Shown here: positions 1 to 7,431 of the stretch, piece after piece
Numbering within the stretch: the first letter of the stretch is position 1
Layout: every line of letters begins with the position of its first letter
Assembly (NCBI GenBank): GCA_021498095.1
Contig: JAIZWK010000001.1
Location: 4,080,001 to 4,112,000, forward strand
Source: Candidatus Harpocratesius repetitus
GTDB lineage: Archaea > Asgardarchaeota > Lokiarchaeia > Sigyniarchaeales > Promethearchaeaceae
DNA: 32,000 nt
Direction: 5' to 3'
Position numbers and translations under genes: made by a program
The notes under the pieces: model-generated
Told to the model about the DNA's origin: nothing
The model's database searches: none
The model's input: the letters and a program-made list of their open reading frames with translations, nothing else

Positions 1-300
1 CTTTTTAAAATAAAATTAAAAGCGGAAAAACCTCTGAATTTGATTAAAAGTGATGAAGTGAGTATATTACTTAAATCAGGCAGATATGTTACGGTATTTA
101 TTATCACAGAATCTATCTCTGGTGTGCTAAATCGCGCCCTAAGTCGCTATATTTCTGAATTTGAAAAAAAATTTCAAAAAGAATTGGAAGAAGATATCAA
201 AAGAGTGGAAATTTTCAATAAAGCAGAAGAATTAATAGGCAGTATTTTCCCGTTTTTGAAAATAAAGCGAGTTATAACAGGATTTGGGCAAGAAAATTAA
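1..300 (+). CDS. 3' end of a gene truncated by the window edge; C-terminus resembles the longin/roadblock-like domains common in Asgard proteins
   Basis: Frame 1 is open from base 1 (LFKIKLKAEKPLNLIKSDEVSILL...), so the TTG at 40 is probably not the start. The pattern ILLKSGRYVTVFIITE...LNRALSRYISEFEKKF...FNKAEELIGSIF fits a beta-hairpin plus long helix longin-like end, recalled from Lokiarchaeal proteins. Confidence 0.5.
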   Translation, partial: LFKIKLKAEKPLNLIKSDEVSILLKSGRYVTVFIITESISGVLNRALSRYISEFEKKFQKELEEDIKRVEIFNKAEELIGSIFPFLKIKRVITGFGQEN

Positions 301-604
301 AATTTTTTTATATGTAATTCTCCCGACTCAAATCTAAAATATCCTTCCTTATTTTTTGTCGTTTTAACCAAGGGGCCAAATTCAAGATAGGTAAATCAAG
401 AATTATAATAAAATCGACTTCAGATTGAAGAATTTATAAACAGGATGGTAAATTTTTAATAAATTCTTTGAAAAAATCGAGTTCGACAAAAAAAGAATTG
501 CGATATTTCAGATTTAAGTCGGATATATATAAATGATATTCAAAAAAGCGTTTAAATTAAAAAAGATAAAATATCCTCAGTTAATATTATTCAATTTTTT
601 ATTC

Positions 605-1012
605 TTATTCACGTATAAAATGTCCAATAAAGCGCTCATAACGACCAGGTAGAATTCCTTCTGATGCTAAATAAATCAACCAAGCATGGATCTCGGTTTG
701 CCATTGATAGAACACATCAGCATCAGTGCTTATTCGACCATTTATTGTATACGGCCGAACTTCTGTCATATACCCTGCTTCAGAAATTACAGCAGTAGCT
801 AAATCTTTTAAATATATATCATCTTGAACGCTAAGAATTGCCCGGCTGAAAGCTTGAACTAATCGATTAATGAGATTTTCATAAATATTTCCTGCAAAAC
901 CTTTAAGTATGCCTCCTATCATCCCCATTTGACCCGGATCTGTTCTTCTTTTTGCGAATGGCAGTAAGGTGGCTTCAATTTTTCTAATTTCCGATTCACT
1001 CATAGTAATCAT
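605..1012 (-). CDS. Hypothetical protein, about 132-135 aa, soluble
   Basis: Clean ORF with balanced composition, divergent from the phosphatase gene. No motif recognised. Start could be ATG 1012 or the ATG three codons downstream. Confidence 0.7.
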   Translation of the reverse strand: MITMSESEIRKIEATLLPFAKRRTDPGQMGMIGGILKGFAGNIYENLINRLVQAFSRAILSVQDDIYLKDLATAVISEAGYMTEVRPYTINGRISTDADVFYQWQTEIHAWLIYLASEGILPGRYERFIGHFIRE

Positions 1013-1128
1013 TTTTATTTAATTCTCTTTGTTTTTAAAATTTCAGCAATGTTTAAAAAGAAACATTAAAGTAGTATAAAAAAAACTCCTAAATAGGATA
1101 ATAAAAGTGGTTCAATAATTAGTCAACC

Positions 1129-2148
1129 TTGATCAAATACATAGGATACGAGCTTACCATTATGCGTCATTATAATCGAAATTTCATACCCAAATCATTA
1201 CAACGGATCATTGAAAATCCAGAAGCCTATACTATAATGAAAAATGTATCCCCACTTTCACTTTTTAACATTGGTAAGATTTGGTTAAAATACCAATCTG
1301 TAGCACAACCCATTCCAAATATGGTAAATTTAACCGAAATCAGCAAAAATTTCAATAACGTACTTATTGTAGGTGATACTCATGGTGATTTTACTTCTAC
1401 TTTACGAATAACCCGAGCTTTTTTTGAAAAAAAAGTGGATGCATTGGTTTTTATGGGCGATTATGTTGATAGAGGTGAATATGGATTTTTAAATTTAATG
1501 TACCTTATAGGATTGAACCTAGCATGGCCAGATAGGGTCATTTTACTTAGAGGAAATCATGAAGATATGGCAATAAATTTAGTTTTTGGATTTTATCAAG
1601 AATTACAAAGATACTTTGAAAATCCAGATATATTTAAAGCAGTGCAATCCACTATTGAAGCAATTTATGATTTGATGTCTTTAGCAGCAATTACTCCCTT
1701 AGATTCGTTATGTATTCATGCAGGTATTCCAAAGATCGCTTTTCCTCTAAATATTTTAAATCAAATGCCCAAACCTCATTCAGAATTTAATTCAATAACT
1801 GATCTTCAACTAAAAAAAGAACTTAAAGAGATTTTTACACAAATTCGATGGAACGATCCAACCGAAAATGAACAAGAACATCCTAATGCGCGCTCTTATC
1901 ACGGTTTTTTCTTTTTTACAGAACCAGAACTTAAAGCTTTCTTGAAAATGAATCATTTAAAGCGAATTTACCGCTCACACGAACATCCAAGAGGTATTTT
2001 TCAAGAAATTTTCCCAAATCTTCTATATTATATATATTCATCAACACCTAATTATGGAAATATCCCTATCGGCCATGTCATTCACGAAAAGGGAAATCAT
2101 ATTTATCTTCGTGATATTGATTTTAATCTAAAAAAAAAAATTCAGTAA
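1129..2148 (+). CDS. PPP-family Ser/Thr protein phosphatase (calcineurin-like metallophosphoesterase)
   Basis: GDTHGD, GDYVDRG, RGNHE, HAG, RWNDP, RSHE and SSTPNY occur in the canonical PPP order. Start uncertain (TTG 1129 or ATG 1162). Confidence 0.92.
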   Translation: MIKYIGYELTIMRHYNRNFIPKSLQRIIENPEAYTIMKNVSPLSLFNIGKIWLKYQSVAQPIPNMVNLTEISKNFNNVLIVGDTHGDFTSTLRITRAFFEKKVDALVFMGDYVDRGEYGFLNLMYLIGLNLAWPDRVILLRGNHEDMAINLVFGFYQELQRYFENPDIFKAVQSTIEAIYDLMSLAAITPLDSLCIHAGIPKIAFPLNILNQMPKPHSEFNSITDLQLKKELKEIFTQIRWNDPTENEQEHPNARSYHGFFFFTEPELKAFLKMNHLKRIYRSHEHPRGIFQEIFPNLLYYIYSSTPNYGNIPIGHVIHEKGNHIYLRDIDFNLKKKIQ

Positions 2149-2151
2149 AAA

Positions 2152-2160
2152 ATTTTATAA
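2152..2160. repeat. Left copy of 9-bp target-site duplication ATTTTATAA
   Basis: Identical to 3714-3722 and abuts the left TIR. Confidence 0.85.
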
Positions 2161-3713
2161 CATTCACTATGTAATTGATCTTTTTTCTTCTATTTAAGAT
2201 TAATTCATTCATTAATCTATGAATATATTATTCTTTTCACCTCATGGATGACATATATAATGGATACCGATGATTTGAGCATATTCCAAGAAATTCATTC
2301 AATTCTAACTCTTTTGCGGTAGGATCGTTTCTTTTTATCAGAAATCGTTGTGTCTGCCATATATTATACAAAAAACACCGAACTCCCATAATATTCAGCC
2401 GGTTATTGCGATCTTGCACCTTTTGTGCAATGCCTAACCGATTCATTTCACGAAATGCGATTTCTATTAACCATTTTTGGCGATAAAGATCTCGGATATA
2501 ATTCTCATTGCCGTGTAGGGTTTTTATGCCTGATTTTGAGCAGAACATAACAATTAGGAGAAAAATACGGCTGCTGGCAGTTTGTTCACTAATTTTCTTT
2601 TGATTAAAATCTTGAATAATTTCTTTTAAATTAAATCTGCGTTTAGCAACAAGCAGAAGATCTAATTTAATAGGTGAAAATCCTTTCTTTTTTCGTATTT
2701 GCCCTTAATCATACCTTTGCAGTATCTTTTACCTACTCCATTTAAGTAGTTCATGATTTTTTGTTTTATCTGCGCACATTTTCTTCCAGGCATAATCACG
2801 GTTACGTGCTTCTGCTGAAAGAACTTTAGTATTCTTTTACGATAAAACCCTCGGTCAAGCATAACATATTTTTAGAAAAGCCGTTAGAAACTAGAATCTG
2901 ATGGACATTGTGAAACAGAGGGAGTTTATCTTGACGCTTTTTAATCTTGAAATTGGCAATCATTTGATGAAAATCACCTGAAATAACTGAAAAACTAAGT
3001 GTACGATGAACGGTTTTACCTTCCTTCTTTCCAAAACAATATGGGCCTTGCATATTTTTTTTACAGGGTGTATCGGTGTAATCTGCAATTAATTTTAAAT
3101 CCTCTTTGACAATTTTCAAGGATCTAAGAATTAGTAAATGCGTTAAAAGAACAAAATTCCAGAAATCTTCAATTAAATCTAATTTTGAAAGTTTCCTCAA
3201 GCATCTGGAAAAAGCAGGCTGGTCTGGAAAATACCTTCTTAACTTTCCATTTGAAAAGGTGGTAGTTTCGTATGATTGGAACGATATTTGAGCGTCTTTG
3301 CATTTTTCTTGCATTATTTCTGCAGTACGACGCGGGGAAAGTCGGATAATTTGAATACAGCAGGCAAACAGAACGAAGATCGTGTAGGAAAACCCACTCC
3401 GTTTTTGAGGCATTTTTTGGGAAATAATTGGATTTATTATCTTCGTAATATCTAAAAGTAACTGTGGATTAATCTGATTGGGAGTAATTTGTCCGATATC
3501 GGCGCCAACCGATGGATTTTCCTGAAGATTTGTCGACATATTTACGGGTAAGAAAGCTTAGCTTTTAAATTATTCCCTTTATCTTTCGAGATAATTATGC
3601 ACTTCTTCAATGAAAAGAAATTTGGAAAGTACTACATGATTTAAACAAAAGATTGAACTTCAGCATCATTTCAAGCTCAGAAAATATATAAAAAACCAAT
3701 TACATTGATAATG
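2161..3713 (-). mobile_element. Insertion sequence, IS4-like, 1553 bp
   Basis: Ends CATTCACTATGTAATTGATCTTTT (2161-2184) and the reverse complement of 3690-3713 (CATTATCAATGTAATTGGTTTTTT) match at 19/24 positions. Flanked by the exact direct repeat ATTTTATAA at 2152-2160 and 3714-3722. Contains a DDE transposase. CAT ends and a 9-bp TSD fit the IS4 family. Confidence 0.88.
2237..3539 (-). pseudogene. DDE transposase (IS4-like), about 434 aa if repaired, split by two frameshifts
   Basis: The three track ORFs (2826-3539, 2662-2862, 2237-2548) join into one protein if one A is added at each of two A-tracts (T-runs at about 2869-2873 and 2688-2693 on +). Motifs: PDQPAFSRCLRKL (HTH-like), LIADYTD, MLDRGFY, YRQKWLIEIAFRE (Y-2-R/K-3-E variant). 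Confidence 0.85.
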
Positions 3714-3722
3714 ATTTTATAA
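3714..3722. repeat. Right copy of 9-bp target-site duplication ATTTTATAA
   Basis: Identical to 2152-2160 and abuts the right TIR. Confidence 0.85.
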
Positions 3723-3742
3723 AAAAAAATCAATAAAAAATT

Positions 3743-4330
3743 TCAGTAATGATCCCACACTTGACGTAAAGGAATAAGGGATATTTCTTTAGATTTCACC
3801 TTTAACCGTGCTTTCATAACTTTTAGCACCCTTAAATCTTTGATTTTCAAATATATTGGGATTTTCACGCTTTTTCGTTTTGTAATATAGTAGGGAAGAT
3901 GAGGAACATCAATTTTCAAATAATCTCCAGTAGGATTCCGCAGAAACCTCCACTGAAGAAATAATAAAGTGCTCAATATTTCTAAAATTGTTATCTCAAA
4001 TGAAATTGATGTAAGAAAAATGATTATATTTTTATTTAAGGTCAAAAATGTTATATAAAGGATGATAAGGTCTAATATTGAAGCAATTGCTAATAAGAAA
4101 ATTAAATATTGATGTTTCTTCTTGGCTTTTCTTAAACATTTTCCACACAAATAGAACCGCACTTCTAAAAGATTGCTTCTTCTTGATTTTCTTAAAAATT
4201 CAAATTTCCTGTGAGTAATTGGAACAAATTGAGCAGCATTTAATCCATTCCCTTCTCTTAAACAACCCACACACAATTTAGGTAATTCTATTACTTTACT
4301 TGATTCATTTTTCATCATTTTTACCTCCAT
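3743..4330 (-). CDS. Hypothetical membrane protein with two CxxC pairs followed by two TM helices
   Basis: LCVGCL and LCGKCL, then hydrophobic segments YLIFLLAIASILDLIILYITF and IIIFLTSISFEITILEILSTLLFL. GGAGGT overlaps the ATG at 4330, so the true start is probably 4318 or 4315. Confidence 0.7.
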   Translation of the reverse strand: MEVKMMKNESSKVIELPKLCVGCLREGNGLNAAQFVPITHRKFEFLRKSRRSNLLEVRFYLCGKCLRKAKKKHQYLIFLLAIASILDLIILYITFLTLNKNIIIFLTSISFEITILEILSTLLFLQWRFLRNPTGDYLKIDVPHLPYYITKRKSVKIPIYLKIKDLRVLKVMKARLKVKSKEISLIPLRQVWDHY

Positions 4331-4602
4331 TTTTATTTTTTTTCAATTTAGAAAAAATAATATTGTTTACAAATTAATCATATTTTGATGAAAAAATCCG
4401 AATTCAAAAATCCGGTAAAATTTTTTTTCTTCTCCAAGCTAAACATCGAATGTGGTTATTTTTTTTGTACTCCAATATCTTCTCTGGTATCCATATGGAA
4501 AAATGAAAAACAAATGAACCACTGGTATCAAAATTCATCATCAACATGATAATAATTTAAAAGTATATCGAAAATTAAGAAAAATAATAAAATAATTAGA
4601 GA

Positions 4603-6006
4603 GTGGTGTTCATAATTAATAAGAGATTACTATATTTGGATGTATTTCGTGGTTTTATTGCCTTGTTTATTATCGTGACTCATGCTTTTTCTCATTTGAT
4701 TCTTTGGGATTATTCAATAATTCAGTTGAATGAATTTCCTATTTGGATGGTTGTCATACTCTCACCAATAATATTAATTTCAACTTGTGCACCTGTTTTT
4801 CCACTAATTTCAAGTACAGCCTTAGGATATAAATTAAAAAGTATTTTGAATTCAAATCATAGAATTAAATCACTAAAAACTACTCAAAATCATTCAAATT
4901 CTTATCTTACGCAAACTAATTCACAAATTTCGCTGAAAAACACCTTTTTATTTTCTGGAATAAATTATTTACTTCTATTAGGGATATCCTTTATACATGT
5001 TTCATTATTTCATTATGGAATGCATTGGAATGGCTCAATTCAAAGAACATTAATCACAGGTTCTTTAGAAACAGAGCATTTTATGTTGACAGATGTTCAA
5101 GTTCTTTTTCAAACTGATGCAATAGGATTGATTGCAGTAAATGGTCTAATTTGTTTGGTTACTCTCACCTTATTATGGCGAAATAAAGGATATCTCAAAA
5201 CTAAACGTAATTTAATTATTCTTACATGCATTGCCATTGGGTGGTTTTGTATTTCTCCTTGGCTTCATTCTCATTTAGATTCGTTTTTTTTTACAGCATT
5301 GGATGAAAAAAAATATATAATTGCTTTATGTTTAAAATTTATCATAGGTCCACCAAATAGTACATTCCCAAATGTAGCCTATGGCTTTTTAGGATTGATT
5401 TTTGGAATTTCAATGGCTGAAAAGAAAAATAAAAGATTTTTCCGAATTATTGGGTTTGTAATCGGTCCAATAATAATGCTTGGTACAGGAATTTATATTT
5501 TTATTTATGGATTAAATTTAACTCCAGATGCTTTGGGATATTTTGTTCCTTTAGAGATTCAAATTCTCGATATTGGATATATTCTTTTCATTCAAGCAAT
5601 TTTTATAGAATTATTTGAATTTTATGGCTCTAATAATCTAAAAAAGCTAATTAAGAAGACAAAATTTTTGGGAAGGTTTGGAATAATAACCATGACAATA
5701 TATATCTTCGAAAGCATCATCTGTGTAATAAATCTTAAATGGTATGTGCCTCTTTGGAATCTAATACCAGAATTCCCCGGACATAGATTTATTCAATTAT
5801 TTTTGTTTGTTGGAATGCAGATTTTTATATGGTGGGGAATATCAATAACATGGGAAAAATCCCAATATAAATTCAGTTTAGAATGGATATTAATTACATT
5901 GCGAGCAAAGATAACACAATATCATTCATCCCGATTAAGTAGTGCAATTATTGAAAGAAAATATATTGAATCATCAGAAAACCTTGAAACATTTGAAAAA
6001 ATATAA
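4603..6006 (+). CDS. Polytopic membrane protein, HGSNAT/DUF1624-like (acyltransferase-3-like)
   Basis: N-terminal YLDVFRGFIALFIIVTHA matches the LDxxRG...H signature of this group. About 10 hydrophobic segments. Confidence 0.65.
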   Translation: MVFIINKRLLYLDVFRGFIALFIIVTHAFSHLILWDYSIIQLNEFPIWMVVILSPIILISTCAPVFPLISSTALGYKLKSILNSNHRIKSLKTTQNHSNSYLTQTNSQISLKNTFLFSGINYLLLLGISFIHVSLFHYGMHWNGSIQRTLITGSLETEHFMLTDVQVLFQTDAIGLIAVNGLICLVTLTLLWRNKGYLKTKRNLIILTCIAIGWFCISPWLHSHLDSFFFTALDEKKYIIALCLKFIIGPPNSTFPNVAYGFLGLIFGISMAEKKNKRFFRIIGFVIGPIIMLGTGIYIFIYGLNLTPDALGYFVPLEIQILDIGYILFIQAIFIELFEFYGSNNLKKLIKKTKFLGRFGIITMTIYIFESIICVINLKWYVPLWNLIPEFPGHRFIQLFLFVGMQIFIWWGISITWEKSQYKFSLEWILITLRAKITQYHSSRLSSAIIERKYIESSENLETFEKI

Positions 6007-6050
6007 TATTTTGTTATTTGTGATTTATTTATTAATTTTTTTTCAAGGCA

Positions 6051-7178
6051 TTACATATTCTTACAAATTCTAACAATTTTTTGATATTTTTTGATAATCT
6101 CTTTATTGATATACTCCCATGATCGATTCTCTGAGAAATTCAAAGCATTTTGGCAGAATTTATTATATAAATCATCATTATTGATTAATTGTAAGCAAGC
6201 TTGAAAAAATAACTTTGGTTTTTTTGCATGAACAACTAAACCTGCATTGGATTCTTGGATAATTTCTTGACAACCTCCAATGTCAGATACAATTGCAGGT
6301 ATTCCTGAAGCCAAAGCTTCTTGAACAACTTGCCCAAATGTTTCTGTTGTGGATGGAAATAAGAAGATATCTGCACTGGCAAACACTTGACTCAACATTT
6401 TATCTTCAATATATCCCAAAAAAATTGCTTCTGGCATCAATTCTTCTAATTCATGGCGAATAGGTCCATCACCAGCTAAAACAAAAAGAGATTTTGAAGG
6501 GAATTTAGATTGAAATAAACGATATACCTCCGCAATTACCAGTAAATCTTTATACCATACTAATCGACCTGTATATAGAATTACTTTCCTTTTTCCAACC
6601 TTCCATGAATTTCTAATTGCGCAATTTCTGAATGAAGGATGAAATTGTGTTCGATCAATTCCTCGAGACCATAAAAATACGCGATGAATACCCAATTTTT
6701 CTAAATCATCTTTAATTTTCAAAGTAGGTGTAAAAACTGCGCAAGCTTTATTGTAAAAGGTGCGATACATCCAATTAATTGATCTTTCCAAAAAACCCAT
6801 TTTGTAATATTGAAATACTCGAACAACATCAGAATGGTGAATAAAAACATGTGGAATATTCTGAATTCTGGCATATAAACTTAAAATAAGACCAATTAAA
6901 TCAGGAGTGGCAATGTGGATGATATCTGGTTTGAATTGATTCAATTTTCGGAAAAACCTTCCAATGGGAATCCCAAATTTATATTCTGGATAAAAAAAGA
7001 TAGGAATTGAGGGAAATTGAAAAAGGGTTAGATTTTTCCGTAATTGAGGCGTGATTAAAGGAGATGCTACAAAAACTTTATTATTATTTGCCAGAAAAGA
7101 ATCAACAAGATTATAAGTTGCTCTTGCTACCCCATCATGGTTCTTTTTAAATGTTCCTAAGTAAATTGCTATTTTCAT
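6051..7178 (-). CDS. GT4-family retaining glycosyltransferase (GT-B fold)
   Basis: PDIIHIATP, YTGRLVWYKD and FPSTTETFGQVVQEALASGIPAIVSDIGG (ExFG...E motif); 375 aa. Confidence 0.92.
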   Translation of the reverse strand: MKIAIYLGTFKKNHDGVARATYNLVDSFLANNNKVFVASPLITPQLRKNLTLFQFPSIPIFFYPEYKFGIPIGRFFRKLNQFKPDIIHIATPDLIGLILSLYARIQNIPHVFIHHSDVVRVFQYYKMGFLERSINWMYRTFYNKACAVFTPTLKIKDDLEKLGIHRVFLWSRGIDRTQFHPSFRNCAIRNSWKVGKRKVILYTGRLVWYKDLLVIAEVYRLFQSKFPSKSLFVLAGDGPIRHELEELMPEAIFLGYIEDKMLSQVFASADIFLFPSTTETFGQVVQEALASGIPAIVSDIGGCQEIIQESNAGLVVHAKKPKLFFQACLQLINNDDLYNKFCQNALNFSENRSWEYINKEIIKKYQKIVRICKNM

Positions 7179-7262
7179 GATGTTTTTGCCACATTAAATC
7201 AATACATTTTGATAATATTCACTAAAAGATAATTATTTGCAATACGAGTTGGAAAAAATCAA

Positions 7263-7278
7263 TGTGATTAACTTCACA
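7263..7278. promoter_or_regulatory. Candidate operator TGTGA-N6-TCACA in the divergent GT4 / nuclease-helicase intergenic region
   Basis: The sequence TGTGATTAACTTCACA is an exact CRP-type core palindrome. No cognate regulator lies in the window. Confidence 0.3.
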
Positions 7279-7431
7279 ATGTAACTATTTTTCACAAATC
7301 ATTTAATTAATCTGTAGGGGCATAGGAATTTAAATCTCATAAATGAATAATAATTGAACAGGAAAAAATTATCACTATTATTGTTATTATTTACATATTA
7401 TTTTAACAAATCAAAAGGATAAAACTAGAAA

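Noticed and set aside
301-604. Intergenic stretches here and at 17026-17201 and 31640-32000 examined for tRNA, ncRNA or CRISPR repeats
   Set aside because: AT-rich, with no cloverleaf, no GC-rich stems and no regularly spaced repeats.
2237-3539. Treating the three transposase ORFs as separate genes, or as a canonical programmed -1 frameshift
   Set aside because: They join into one DDE protein, and neither junction is an in-frame X-XXY-YYZ slippery heptamer.
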